Shown: positions 1 to 16,165, counted from the stretch's first letter. The stretch: 64,000 nucleotides of DNA from Eledone cirrhosa (GCA_964016885.1 OZ024749.1:43338001-43402000), one strand, 5' to 3'. Notes: generated by a model from the letters alone, not told the origin. Numbers and translations: made by a program.

Positions 1-733
1 AACGATTTAGGAAATATAAAGGGAAAGAAAAAAAAAACATTAGCAAATGCGTGAAAAGAATGAGCTGCACGCAAATAAAACATTTGATGAATCTTGTATA
101 CGTGGAAAGAAGGGAAATAAACTGTCTGAAAATACAACATGATTTCGTGCGTTACAAATGGTGTTTTACCGGCACAAAATAACTAATTCCTCGTCTTGTA
201 TTTATATTTTTTCTCTCTTTTACCTTTTTTCAAGTTAACACTAAAAGCTAAATTGAGATAGCAAATATGATCACAAACAACACAAATAACAACATAAATA
301 AACAAACATATATACTTTTAAAAAAAAGACAAATCAACAAATATATACAATTAATAAATAAAACTATTAGCAAATATATAAAATTAATATACGTATAATA
401 CTAATAAATATAAAAAAAATATTCACGGTAAACTTTCAGCTTCCATTTTTTTTTTTTTTTGTACATTTTATTTTTTTGTTTATCGTCTTTACATTGCTGA
501 CGTGAATTCGTTGTGATGTTAAAGTGATTAATAAACTGATAAATATTTACGAAAATGAATACTCGTTGTACTGAATGAATGAATAAAAGACTAGGGTGGT
601 GGGAAGATTTAATCCGATAATCACATCATAAACAGATTTCCGTTGATAAACAGGTGCTGTGGAAAATGTGGGCAGGAAAAAAAAGGAAAATGAAAAAGAA
701 AGCTAGCCGATCCATCCATCAACAACAATTGAC

Positions 734-734
<1 letters not shown>

Positions 735-805
<71 letters not shown>

Positions 806-814
806 CAACAACAA
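735..814. repeat. (AAT)n followed by (AAC)n microsatellite
   Basis: Direct reading; explains the poly-N/I/L ORFs at 621-964. Confidence 0.95.
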
Positions 815-825
815 TACGTGCATAC

Positions 826-934
826 GTTTTATTCCACTTTTGAAGTGAAATAACACTCCACATTTGAATAGCATGAAATCTTTAAGCTGACTAAATGTAA
901 CAAGTACAACAACTGCAACAACAACAATAATCGC
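826..934 (-). other. Candidate internal exon (hydrophobic, TM-like if phase 0: AIIVVVAVVVLVTFSQLKDFMLFKCGVLFHFKSGIK)
   Basis: Minus-strand acceptor TTGTTATATTTTCTACAG and donor GTATGC. Partly (GTT)n-like, and no homology recognised. Confidence 0.2.
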
Positions 935-1403
935 CTGTAGAAAATATAACAAATTCAATACCATCGTATTTCATGTCTTTTACTTTGGCATTTTATTTCT
1001 CTTCTTATTTATTAATTTTCTTTGTTAACAATTGTCATTATAAATCTAAAAATAATTTCGTCAATTAATTCCATGTTTGCATCTTACAGAAAATGTTCAG
1101 CTGCGTTGTATTGAGTTAGATTGGAGCGTAAAATACATAAGATGCTGATAACGGTTTTCTTTTACTCATTTCTCATAAACTATTTTTTTTTTTTTTTTTT
1201 TAAATCATTATATTTTATATTTCTTATTATAATGTCTATGAAAAACAGTAAATATTTTTTTCAGTCCTGAAACACGAAAACAGACGGAAAAGCAAAGTGT
1301 ATATTTCCGTAAAACCAAAATGACTACAATAAACAAATAAATAAATAAATAGATAAACAAAAAAAATAAATAAATAAATAGATAAACAAAAAAAAAAGAA
1401 ATA

Positions 1404-1433
1404 ATATATATATATATATATACATATATATAC

Positions 1434-1499
<66 letters not shown>

Positions 1500-1538
1500 G
1501 TATATAATATCTAAATATATATAGAGAGAGAGAGAGAA

Positions 1539-1598
<60 letters not shown>
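1404..1598. repeat. Compound (TA)n/(GA)n microsatellite
   Basis: Direct reading. Confidence 0.95.
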
Positions 1599-1602
<4 letters not shown>

Positions 1603-1682
1603 TAAGCCCAGCAAGCTTTAATTTCAAGAAAACACAATATCCAGACGAAGAATAACAGATCAATCATTAACTGTAGAATAAT

Positions 1683-1870
1683 TGTTTCTACTTTTGGCAC
1701 AAGGCCAGCAATTATCCCAGTGTATTAGGGGTACTTTATTTTATCGACCCCGTAAGGGTGAAAGGCAAAGTTAACCTCGGCGGAAATTTGAACTTAAATC
1801 ATAAAGGGCCGTAACTCTATGATGCAAAGCATGGCATCCGACTCTCTAACCATACTGCCAATCCACCGAC
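1683..1870 (-). mobile_element. tRNA-derived SINE family A, short form, with TSD
   Basis: Matches the 62490-62672 copy. Flanked by TTAACTGTAG(A/T)ATAAT at 1667-1682 and 1871-1886 (15/16 identical). Confidence 0.9.
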
Positions 1871-2290
1871 TTAACTGTAGTATAATGTCGTAAAACAGAA
1901 GTTCAAGCACGGGTTACACACACAACCACATATACACACACTTGTGTTTAACTTAGTTGGGCGGTTGCACAGATAATAGAATGAGTAAGTGTGGTACGGT
2001 AGGGGCCAACAATACCGTCTAGTCTATTCATTGTTAGTATTAGTATAATATAGATTTTTGGAGGGAGCCATAGAGTAAAGCGATGCCGACATCTTTGTAT
2101 ACATACTCAATAAAATGAGAAAAAAATATAAATAAAACTTTATAAAAGGCCCAAGATTAACCACTGAAAGCGTACATGGTATATAATGTCTAAACCTTAT
2201 GCAACAATGGAGCGAGCTATATTTTTAATAAATATATATTATTTTCAATAGTAAATAACACTTTATTTGAGTAAGATGACACCAAACATA

Positions 2291-2395
2291 TAGGTCAGGG
2301 TGTTGGACTCATGGTCATAAGGTATTTTGTTCGTTTTCTGCACTGAGCTCTGTGGTGTGTTCTTCAGCAAAATATTTCAGTTGATGTTGCTCCTT
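2291..2395 (+). mobile_element. Degenerate CORE-like tRNA SINE relic
   Basis: GTGTGTTCTTCAGCAAAATATTTC...GTTGCTCC resembles the reverse complement of 54610-54727. Confidence 0.45.
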
Positions 2396-2739
2396 CTTCT
2401 AGAATGGAGAAACCAATAGAAACATTGTTTGCGTGATTTAATCTAGTGAACTTCTCCTTAACTTTATTTTTAGACCTCAAATCTCGCAAATGAAATAGAA
2501 AAGTCGAAACTAAACTAGCGTGGAATACATCTTTAAGTCTAAATGCATGCTTCACAGCAACACTACACAAAATTCGCTGTTTGGAAGAAAAATAATCCGG
2601 ATAATAATTTTAAAGAATAACAAAATAATCGTGGAAGTGGAACAGTTCAAAGGAAGGCTACATCATGTAAATATAAATAATGAAACTAAAGTAAAACAGA
2701 ATCATTAATAACTTCATTCATACACAAAGCAAAGGAGAT

Positions 2740-2791
2740 AAAGGTGTTGACAAAGGTGTTGACAAAGGTGTTGACAAAGGTGTTGACAAAG
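2740..2791. repeat. 12-bp tandem repeat (AAAGGTGTTGAC)x4
   Basis: Direct reading. Confidence 0.9.
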
Positions 2792-2950
2792 CATAACAAA
2801 ACCTAAAGCTTAGAATCCCTACAAAATAATGACAACAGCAGATCAAGAAGAACGCTTGCAATATATTGATAAAAAATGAATCGTTTAAAAAGCGTCCAGC
2901 AGATATGAAATTTGAAATTATGTTTTGCGTTGCACATCTACCACAATACA

Positions 2951-3562
2951 TCTATATATATATAAAGTTGTAGTTCATGTATGTTTGTTTGTTTGTTCAC
3001 GAACTCCTCCTATGGTTTTGGAGATAGATGCCCATAACCATATAAATTCTGAAAATACATTGCCCAGGGTACTTGGATAAGTATATTTCATTTTAATTAA
3101 ACGGTTCCCGGAGGGCTCAACCCCCCGCTGAAAATATTTTCCCTTCGATTTATATGAAACATAAACCATAGGTAAATGACAAGATATGATGCCTATTCAC
3201 AAAATGTCAGTAAATTTTAATATTAAGACACCCTAATTCTGGTTAAACCCCCATAGTGAACATTTTGGAAACCCAAATAAAATAATGCTTTACACAAAAA
3301 TGAAATGAAGTTTTGAATTGATATTTTGAAAGAAAATTATTTACAAGAAACAAAATAAGAATAAGATTTAATAATGTAATTTTGATTTGATGTATTACAA
3401 AAAAAAAATGTTTTCCAATTTTTCATGCATTACATTTTACATTGAGTAATATTGAAATGCAGAGTTTTTCTCCATAAATTATATCATTGATTTAAAATCA
3501 ATCATCATTTTCTTACAAAAAAAAATGTGTGAGACGCAGCAAGGTGCGGCTAATTCGGCTAG
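2951..3562 (+). mobile_element. Non-autonomous Helitron-like element
   Basis: 5' TCTATATATATATAAA, internal (TTTG)n, subterminal hairpin CGCAGCAAGGTGCG about 10 nt before the 3' CTAG. Inserted between host A (2950) and T (3563) with no TSD, which are canonical Helitron termini. Confidence 0.75.
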
Positions 3563-5761
3563 TGTTAAATATAAAATAGTTCAATAACTCTGGAAACAGA
3601 AAATAATGGACAGTGAACGGCTGCTGCGGTAAGTGAACATGTGACACATGTGTTCTCTATCTTTTTTGTTTCTACCTCCAGGTTTATTTCACCAATATAT
3701 TGAACTTTTTTATAGTTAACATGCATAGTGGAATCTTTGAAAATTATAACGTGTTATTAATACAATGAGCGGTGTGTTCATGCGCAGAGACGCTATAAAA
3801 TAGCTTATAAACTAAGGTTAATGCTATTAATAAAAATGGAATATTTGGAATAGTTTTGAATATGAAATTTTCTAGGTGAAAATCATGAATAAATCAATCT
3901 AAAGACTAACATAATATATCAATTAAAAGCAGTAGCAGCTCCTCAAATGCACCTACTATCTCCCAATATAAAATCTATCGATAATATAAAGGTCAAAAGT
4001 TTACAAGATTTCAAATCTGGTCATCACTTACTTAATAAAAACGGTATAAAATATCAGTGCCAGCAGGTTAAAAGAGATATATACATCAGCTTCTATTTCT
4101 ACAAAGAAAAGTGAATTCTTCATCACATCTACTCATGTAGTGAAAAGTGGTATTTCCAACATGGAGTGAGAGCTTGAACACACGCTTGATAAAACGTGTG
4201 TTCAGCCATTTTGTAACTAGCCTCTCGTTTCCGCTTGCTATACGCTATCAAGACTGAAATGAAGAGGGGGAAATGAAATTTACAACTCACACATATGCAG
4301 GCTTAGATGATTCCCTACACAACCTTAGCAATCACATTATATATATATAACTTCTTCAACTGAAACATTACATATATGAGACCCTATCTTAATATAAATG
4401 ATAATTTATGCACAATATATTGCATATTTGAAAATTCGAGATAAATGTTGTTTAGTTATAGCTACATTAAATGTATCTTAGAATTTTAATATACACTCCG
4501 CTGTGCGTAAATATTTATTATTTAATACCAACACATAGGAGTGTGCGGTCGTATATATGCATGTATACATGTATGCATAAGCCCGTCTAGGATTGTATGC
4601 TTGTAAGTGCGAACAATTATGTTTTGCCGCGTAGAATTTATTCAAATAGATTGTTGACAAGTAACATAAATCACTGACAATATCTTACGAATATTTAATC
4701 ACTTCCCTCGCAGAAAAGTCATAAATAAATTAAAATAACCATTACTTATATGGTAGAGCAGTGAAATTCATAAAGAACTATAATAGATGTTTAGAAATCA
4801 TTGACTAAAGATCAATGTTTATTTACCGAATTAAAGTTCATGATATATCTTGTAACTTCGCATGATAAATAGCATATATATACATTTTCTTATAGACTAT
4901 ATATACATATTTGATAGACAATATGTATATATATATATGTTTTATTAAGTCGTGTTACTCTGGAATTTTGCCTGCTTCTCACAGGGTCATATATATATAA
5001 ATATGTAAAGTTAAATAGAGAATGTACAGATGTTTCATACAAATACGGGACTTTGTTCGTTTTTCATATTTTTAAATAAATATTTTTACTATTTTCTTCT
5101 TGGACATTTAAATTTAGCTTATAAAAAGTTAAGTTGTTTTATGTACCACACGCTATCCACTCCAAACATGAGGGGAACTAGAAAGAGACTAATTTGATTG
5201 CGTCCATCCCCTATCTTAGACATTACCAGATTAACCCTAACAGTCCGAATCTCATAGCTCTAGTGAAGAAGCACTCTCCACCAACAGTCAAATACAATAA
5301 ACATGTTCAATGGACACAATATTAATGTCAGGTATATGTGCTTGGACAACATTGCATCGAGGTTACAAGGAACAAGAGAAAGCAAGCATCCATACATATT
5401 GTAACAGGAAGACAAACTTAACACTGTCGATGACAATTTACATTTTCGTTGGCAGACTTAACTTTTAATAAAATATGTGGGTTTACACTATGAATATATT
5501 TTATTTAGTATGAATTCTTTGCCAAACTGCAGTAAACTACATTCAAAGGCTTCTGTTCTCATATATATTTAATGAAGATAAATTGTCGTATTTTCATTCA
5601 TGTTTGCAAGCAATATTTAGATTTGAATCTATCATTGTAAAGTAACAAAATACACATAATTGAATAAACGTTTGAGCTTTTGATGGTGTTTTAAGCTTCA
5701 AATAATGTTTGTAACTTACAATTAACGGGATGGATGAATATGAATACTAGTAGGTATTCAT

Positions 5762-5899
<138 letters not shown>

Positions 5900-6214
5900 T
5901 CATATGTTCATCATGATGTATATATATATACATCATAAACCAATATGTTATTGTATATATATAGATATCATATATGTGTTATTTTGTCAGAAGTAAGCGG
6001 AACAGGATTTATTAACCTATGCCATTTTCCCTTATGTATAGAAGTTTTATTTATATATTTATACCATATAGACACTGACACACGGTCTCACAGTCACTCA
6101 AGCACATATACACAATCATAGGTTTATACATACCAACACATATACACATACATACATATATTTTAGATACACACACATATGTATTTATATATATATATAT
6201 GTATTTATATATAT

Positions 6215-6302
<88 letters not shown>

Positions 6303-7584
6303 TATATATGCATATCTTATAAAATAATGCAACGAATGTCTATATTTGCAATACATACGTAATATCTATTCGCCATTAAAAGGCTATGGCTTTCCTTTTT
6401 AATATTTCACTACTAGCAAGTAACAATCTGCCACATGAGCAATATCTCACTATCTTCCCCCTTCCTATTACTCTCTGACACTGCAAATAATTGTAAAATG
6501 TTTCTCTTAGATCTTCCGACACGTTTAATTCTCGTTTACTATCTACTGTTGCAATCGTAATATATTTATCCATTAAATATAAAAATCTGAAGTAAATCAC
6601 ATCGATCAATGTTATTTTACGTTTCAAATATTTATAACCTCTCATTTTACTTCGTGACATAGTTTTAACCTAGTGTATTCCCAACTCCTAAATTATAACG
6701 TATGTTAGGCTATCGCAAATTAATGGGGGTTAAAACCAACTAGACCCAAATTTAGTAGTTCTTTCTTTCCTTCATTCCGGTTCGATTTTCCTACCGTTCA
6801 TCTATATACCAAAATCGAATAAATGTAAAACTGCTTCTCCATCATATCCTCCTAGGTCAATGTCTTAATTTAATAGTTATTCAGTAGAATCGTTTTAAAC
6901 CTGTTTTCATCATTGTTCAATAAGTGAACCAACATGATTTTAATTTGGGAATGACCGGTTTGCATGTTCCAGGAAAACCACTATTTCTCGTTTATATATC
7001 GCTTACATTATTTCCACTTTTGATTTTATTTCTCTATACTATATTTGTGAAAGTTTGGCTTCTAAAATAAATGAATATTGGCATTTGGCCGATATTGTCT
7101 GAAGTTTCTTCCTGTTCCCCTGGAAGGAGAGACTGTGCGAAGATTACGTATTATTGGTTTTAGTGTTATTCCTTACCTAATGTATTGTTATTGTAGAAAT
7201 CTAAACAGAAGAAGGATAAACATTTATCTTATGCTGTAGCGCAGTAATTGTCTTAGCAATCGCATGTATCCATCAAATGTTTGGAGTGTACACATGTTAT
7301 AGAATTAAAGTTGACGCCCTTTTGCGTTTCCGTAACGTTTATGCAATGTATGAATATAAATATAATCTGCACTTTTAATTACACCACACAGTAGGTTTAC
7401 AAAGGTAACTAGTATACCACAGTATATCGGTGTAAAACAATGTGTTCCAAGATGATCTACATAGATATGGAAGACATTTATACTCCACTGAGTTACATAA
7501 TCTCATTGGATATATCTATATCTAGAGGTTCATGAAATTTTCCTGGTGTATTTCATAGAACACTTTCAGAAGAACGTTGTGCGA

Positions 7585-7908
7585 TTTTGCTTCAGATATC
7601 AAAAATTTTTGCTTCAGATATCTAAAGTTTTTTTGCTTCAGATATCTAAAATTTTTTGCTTCAGATATCTAAAATTTTTTGCTTCAGATATCTCAAATTT
7701 TTTGCTACAGATATCTAAAATTTTTTGCTTCAGATATCTAAAATTTTTTGCTTCAGATATCTAAAAATTTTTGCTTCAGATATCTAAAATTTTTTGCTTC
7801 AGATATCTAAAATTTTTTGCTTCAGATATCTAAAATGTTTTGCTTCAGATATCTAAAATTTTTTGCTTCAGATATCTAAAATTTTTTGCTTCAGATATCT
7901 AAAATTTT
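7585..7908. repeat. 23-bp minisatellite GCTTCAGATATCTAAAATTTTTT x14
   Basis: 14 CAGATATC cores counted, period 23, near-identical units. Confidence 0.95.
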
Positions 7909-8029
7909 CAAGTTTCAATAAACTGTATGTGGAAATATTAAACAGATTTAAATGTTATTTCTAGTAGATCAATCAACCACAAATGGATTAAACCTTTATC
8001 ACAACACACCTCGGTGGTTCCGCATCGTA

Positions 8030-8263
8030 TCATTGATGTTTAAATAATCAGAATTAATACCATAGGCGTTACAGTCAAGACCATCCCAACATTTATTGAA
8101 ACAATATATTTAGGGTTACATAACCCTACGTATTTTATAGTTTTGGTAGCCTGATACACATTGCAGTTGTTTAAGACAGGTCATTGATGTTTAATTAATC
8201 AAAGTTAAGGTCATAGACGTTACAATCAAGACCATCCCAACATTTATTGACACTACATATTTA
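8030..8263. repeat. Diverged direct duplication (~83 bp; 8030-8112 and 8181-8263)
   Basis: Both copies carry TCATTGATGTTTAA...CAAGACCATCCCAACATTTATTGA. Confidence 0.85.
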
Positions 8264-8324
8264 TATTTACACTTACATAACCTTATGTATGTATATATAT
8301 ATATATGTGTGTGTGTATTTATTA

Positions 8325-8408
<84 letters not shown>

Positions 8409-9210
8409 AGCAACAGTAGGTTGTGATTTGAGTTATATTTTCCTGTGATTTCTAGCATGTTGGCTGTCCATTGGGAAGCTCTTTCATCACATTTATAATT
8501 TGCTGAAAAATAATGTAATTGTGATTGATGATAAATTGGAGAGGAAACAACGCAGGTGTTATAGCCGTATATCTACCTGGACAAGAAGAAAGATTGTCTT
8601 TAAACTATTCATATATAAACGTAAACACGCATAAAGCCTGACAACTACAGCTATAGGACCCCTTCAGGTAGCTATAAAGAAATTCTACCTACACGACGAT
8701 GATAACCACCACTACCACCATCACCAACATAACCATCACACCACTATGCCATTTATTATTAATGCTCATAGATTCTGAATGAATTAAAGAGAACCCTACG
8801 GAAGTTTGAGCAGCTGTTGTGAGAATACATTACACACAGTGTTTTATTGGTTTTATGTGTAGATATAATAATCAGAGAAGGAAAGAAACATAAATAATAT
8901 TGGATAAATAAATAAAGATAATGCAAGACTGTAGGAGATTGATTATTTGGGAAAGGACAGGTTTTTTTGTCAGTCGTGTTGTAAATTCCCTCCCGAAATA
9001 TTGAATTGGTAATTCAGAAAACAAAGTGGGTAATCTAGCATGCTCTTATCATTAAGTGTGTTATTGAAGGCGTATGACTCTCGTTGAAGTATATATACAT
9101 ATATGTATGCATGTCTATATGTATGTATTTATGTATATATGTATATATGTATGTATGTATGCATTTTCGTATGTATAGCAGACGAGAAATGCATATATAT
9201 ATATATATAT

Positions 9211-9277
9211 AATTGGTGTTGGATGCTCAAAGCGTCCGTATGCGGTAGGCCGTTTGAGCACTCGATTCTCCCATGTG
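9211..9277 (-). mobile_element. Truncated tail fragment of a (TA)n-embedded element related to family D
   Basis: Flanked by TA tracts; shares GAGCACTCGAT with 9357-9367; internal hairpin TGCTCAAA...TTTGAGCA. Confidence 0.4.
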
Positions 9278-9308
<31 letters not shown>

Positions 9309-9316
9309 TATATATC

Positions 9317-9643
9317 CAGGGAGTGTAACTTGGAGTTACTGTAGGTTCACCCGGGTGAGCACTCGATGTTTAGGTTCACTTCAGTATCGAGGTGTAGAGC
9401 TACACAGAGTGTATTATAGTGAAATAAAATAACATGGACGCTTGGTTACTCCTCCTTCATTACATTTATTGGTTGGTGAAGCGTGTTTCGCCATTTTAAG
9501 GGGTCTGACGAGCCGAGGATTACAGAGTCGGGATAGATCGATACAGATCGAACCTTGAGCTGATCAGTGGCGAAAAGCGCGTCACCAACCAATAAACGTA
9601 ATGAAGGAGTAACCAATCGTCCTTGTTATTTTGTTTCACTATA
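9317..9643. mobile_element. Family D: (TA)n-embedded fold-back element with a hammerhead motif (Penelope pLTR-like)
   Basis: Imperfect inverted arms at 9415-9493 and 9568-9643, unique tail at 9317-9414, TA tracts on both sides, AATAAA at 9591. Confidence 0.75.
9502..9586 (+). ncRNA. Type I hammerhead ribozyme motif with long loop II (slightly decayed)
   Basis: GGT|CTGACGA|GCC...GGC|GAAA|AGCGC|GTC|ACC. Stem I is GGT/ACC and stem II closes GCC/GGC. The inverted arm reads GAAACACGC, suggesting an ancestral GAAAC. Confidence 0.65.
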
Positions 9644-9709
9644 TATATATAAACGCATGTATATTATATAGCACACAGAGACTCATATTCATATATATAT
9701 TCATATATT

Positions 9710-9778
<69 letters not shown>

Positions 9779-9782
<4 letters not shown>

Positions 9783-9930
9783 GTTTCTACTTTTAGCACG
9801 AGGCCAACAATTATCAATAACTGGTACATTATTTTATCGACCCAGTAAGGATGAAAGGCAAAGTTAACCTCGACGGGATTTGAACTCAGACCGTAAAGGG
9901 ACCTAACTATGCTGCACAGCATGGCGTCCA
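9779..9930 (-). mobile_element. SINE family A, 5'-truncated short form
   Basis: Matches the 62490 copy from the 3' end to GGACGCCATGC. Confidence 0.85.
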
Positions 9931-10008
9931 AAATATTCAGGTTATGTAACTGTTATAGAAACACGTGTCAATAAATTCCTTTCAACTAAACTGTATCCAT
10001 TCAAATCT

Positions 10009-10408
<400 letters not shown>

Positions 10409-10730
10409 GTGTACATGTATGTATATACGTAAATGAGAGTGAGAGAGGCTGACAAAGAGTTAAAAGTAAGTTCTCAAATGAATAATGCTAATAAAGGCAC
10501 GACACTAAAACACATTAATATATTATAGAGACGTTTCAATATCAATACCGGAAAGACTGTGTAGTGATTGTTTACATACATATACGTATATATATATATA
10601 TATATTGTTATTGGGCTTATGTTGTTTCCCATACGAGTTGTCCAGCTAATACAATCAACGGAACTACCAGCTCAAACATACAACCATGCATACACACACC
10701 TGAGTATGCATATGTACACCTATCTCTCTC

Positions 10731-10791
<61 letters not shown>

Positions 10792-10808
10792 CTCTCTCTC
10801 TCTATCTA

Positions 10809-10989
<181 letters not shown>

Positions 10990-11004
10990 TATATATAAAT
11001 ATAC

Positions 11005-11040
<36 letters not shown>

Positions 11041-11094
11041 ATACACACAACCGGTACTGGCATTGATAAATATGCTGGGTCCGTCAACGCTTAT

Positions 11095-11151
<57 letters not shown>

Positions 11152-11437
11152 TATGCACACACACACATGTATATATGTGCGTGTCTGTATGTATGTATGT
11201 ATGTATGTATGTATGTATGTATGTATGTATGTATGTAGGTATGTATGTTCACACAAATCTGTATGTACGTGTGTTTGTACGTGTGTATGTATATAAATAC
11301 ACGTATTGGTTTTGTTTTTGGTAGATGTCCAACTGAAAACACTAAGCAAACATTTGAGAATATAAATTACCTAATGTATAATGAGATGTATCATTAATCA
11401 CCCGAATATATCAATGGGATGTAAAGATAATCTCTTG

Positions 11438-11805
<368 letters not shown>

Positions 11806-12616
11806 CACTCTACATACACGTATATGTGTCTATGATGTAATCAAAGGAAATCCATATTTGTTCTCCGTGTCATTCTCTCACGCTCTTATCCAAGAAACTT
11901 TACAGTTATGGTCCATTGCAGAGACTGCCGTAAAATATGACGATTGTGTGCCACCTCATGTCTCACCTCACTGGGTTTCTGACTGTCGCCACTAAATAAG
12001 TTAATAACCGTGTTATACTGTGTCTACATTCATATATATGATCTGTGTCTCTGTTCAGCCTTTTCGTTAGTGTTGTGAAATATCTCAGTCAAGCATATGC
12101 AGAACCAAATTGAACACTTCTCGTATTGGCTTTTTTATTCAGAATAGACCATGCTATTTGCATATGATCGCTCATATGTTTCTGTTATTAAATGGGTTTC
12201 ACGAACGATATATAGCTATATTTTTGACGGCAAATAAGAGCTCATATCCTGACATAGTCGAATCTTAAATGAATTTTGTACTAGAAAACGATACAAAATT
12301 ACTTTTAAATTTTAGTTGCTTGGTACACACTACAAATGAAAAGTTTCTGACAGTCAAATCTGCTATTTTTTATATTTGGAAATACTTCTTTATTATGCAA
12401 TGAAATCTTTCAGCGATATTTGACATTTATATTTCACTGTTGAATAATTTATGAAGTCCCTTGTCTTTAATCTGGGATCAAGACATTTCAAAACGTTGTC
12501 TTGCGTAAGTGTAACAGAAATATTATATATTCCTAATATGCCAGTGTATGAGATTTTTCAAACAACTTTGGTTTCCACAGAATCCTATGTGGGTAACAAA
12601 CACACAGTAGATGAAC

Positions 12617-12835
12617 GATGGATTGGTAAAATTGGTAGAGCGTTGGACAGAGTGCTTTATGGTATTTAGTTACGGGCTCTGCATACTGAGTTCAACTCTC
12701 GTCTAAGTCAACTTTACCGTTCATACTCCACGTGTTGATAAAATAAAGTACGATTAAATTGCTGAAATCGCCGTAACAGACTTTCCCCGTCCCTTGCGAA
12801 TACTGGCCTTGTCCTTAAATCGGAAACCATCATTA
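12617..12835 (+). mobile_element. Degenerate SINE family A, long form
   Basis: GGATTGGTAAAATTGGTAGAGCG...GAGTTCAACTC...GATAAAATAAAGTAC...CTGGCCTTGT. Confidence 0.7.
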
Positions 12836-13744
12836 CTACAGACAATATTGTAATTTCATCGCCCTCTATAATGTTTTACAATAATATTAATTCTAGCCAC
12901 TACTCATCTAATAAATGCTTGGATCTATTCCTTAATAATCGAAGACAATAGTATCCTGGGTGAACCGCGAACTTAAAAAGTAATGATTACCAGCAAAATA
13001 TATTAGGCTTTGAGGTTGCTATGTGTTACACTTCTGAAAGCCCATTAAAGTAGAAAATGTTGAACGAAGAATGTTTTATTAACAACAGCTTAGAAACGTA
13101 CCAGTTTAATTAAACCAATTACACATTGCCATATGTATTCCCGTAATTATTGGCTTAACTGCTTTAAAAAATTGACAACTTAAGCAATGCATTTACGAAT
13201 CACGTGGCGGTTTCATTTCACACATTAAATAAATAAACATGTAATACATATTCAGATTCGGAAGAGTTCAAATAAAAACAGTTTCCAAAAATTAACTCGT
13301 TATGTATACAGAAGATAGTTCTCATTAAAATACGATTGCATTGCATTCGTTGTTGTTGCTGTTTTGTTGTTTATGATGTTTAATTAAAATTCCTCTCATT
13401 ATGAATTCGAAGAATTAACAAATATGAGTATACAATTATATATACCATCCAATATTCAATACAATATATTGTTTTCTGTTTTCCTAATAAATTAACCTTG
13501 TTCTGAATACCAATAACATTCTATATATCACGGCACCAACCACAAATAGTTTAGTGTTCGCAAAGACAAATCGTAATCATAGGCGTATATGCATAAACAC
13601 ATACCTATATATATATATATACATACACAAACACATACATGCATACATACATACATAATACATACATACAGGAAAATATATTTACACATGTATACATATA
13701 CAAAACTACTTAGCTACATACATACACGCATATCTATCTATCTA

Positions 13745-13800
<56 letters not shown>

Positions 13801-13812
13801 TATGTATGTATG

Positions 13813-13843
<31 letters not shown>

Positions 13844-13844
13844 G

Positions 13845-13890
<46 letters not shown>

Positions 13891-13898
13891 TATATATG

Positions 13899-13934
<36 letters not shown>

Positions 13935-13976
13935 TATATATATGTATATATATATATATATATATGTGTGTATATA

Positions 13977-14007
<31 letters not shown>

Positions 14008-14799
14008 GAGTATGCATGTATGTAATTAGATAGGTATATATGTATTGTTCTGTATATATATATTGCTACTAGTATTTATTGTGACATTCCATTTTACATT
14101 TGTAATCAATGGTTACAATTTATGACAGTGTTAAAACGGCATTAGTGATATTTAATCAAATATCTAATATATACAGAAAATTTGATGCTCCATAAAATAG
14201 ACAACCAACTGAGATTTTCCTTTAGAAATATACCAATAAAATTCATGTTTCTTTTTTCAAAATACTATATTAATTACGTGATAAATTTCTTCCTTTGTAC
14301 ACGCAATTTCAACGAATTCTTTACTTTTCCTCTGTTGATTAAATTAATAAACACACAATTATACATAAAATGTATTTTAAATCAAATTTATTCACAATAC
14401 TACAATCACGTTTATATTTGTTGGCGAAATATAATAATATAATGCTAAGAGGAATTTCACTTTCTTACAATTTTCCAATACTTCTTTCGTATTTTTCTTA
14501 ACATTCATCCCCGCTCTTGCATACAATTAACAGTGTTGCTATTTAGTAAAGTTAGAAAAGTTTCAAAATAGAGGACCGTCATCACGAAATATCTATTATT
14601 TAATATCTATTAAATGATACGTCGTTTCTAATAGATTCCATATTATATTGCAATGATATGTTAATATAGAAATCTTGATCGGATCAAAAGGAAATAAAAT
14701 ATAGTAAGATTATGAAAGATTTGAGAGTAAATGCCATTCTTTCTACTTCGACAATAAAGATGTTGGAAGCCATTAATAACTGGATTAGATGCCAAACCA

Positions 14800-15559
<760 letters not shown>

Positions 15560-16165
15560 TTCTGTTTGTTTTTGTATGCGTAGGTTTATGGCTGTGCGTG
15601 TGCAGTAACAAGTGATAACGAAGAAAGAAAGAAATACACGTCTGTACATTTTTAGGTTTAAATCTTCTACGTGTGGGTTAATTACTCAATTAGGGATCTA
15701 TATGTAAAATATTGCTACCTCGTTAAAATGTGTTTTCGTATAGCAACTGAATGTAATAAAAGCAGATTAGGAAGGCTGGCAGTTTTTGATCATGGCAGGC
15801 GACTGTAAGATTGAGCTGGCATTTATAGCTTTTTATCGCTTGTATATTAGTCTTGTTCAAAGTAAAATATTTGTTCGTGTTTTGAATTTAATGTCAATTA
15901 TTTATTTTGAAATTCTTACTTAACACTGAGAAATATACTTTATCGTTATTTACTCTTAGTTTTGTTCTAGTTGCAGCCATTAAAATATATCTTTAGCATA
16001 TATATTATATTCATGAGCGAAATTATAATTATATCAATAAGATTAGTGAACCACGATACGCTATTTGCATTTGAATGTTCGAACGTAATTTCTGGCAAAT
16101 ATATAAACACATTGAAGTAAGCAAACACTACCTAATGTCTATAACGTCTAGTTCCACCTACATCG

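Noticed and set aside
3629-3681. Plus-strand 53-nt GTAAGT...CAG mini-intron
   Set aside because: The spliced product is only about 14 codons and has no other support.
6376-7130. Possible decayed LINE RT on the minus strand (DN.RP-like and DF-like traces)
   Set aside because: Too degenerate, with multiple stops and frameshifts, to support without a search.
7585-7908. CRISPR-like appearance of the 23-bp repeat
   Set aside because: No unique spacers, eukaryotic context and no cas genes.
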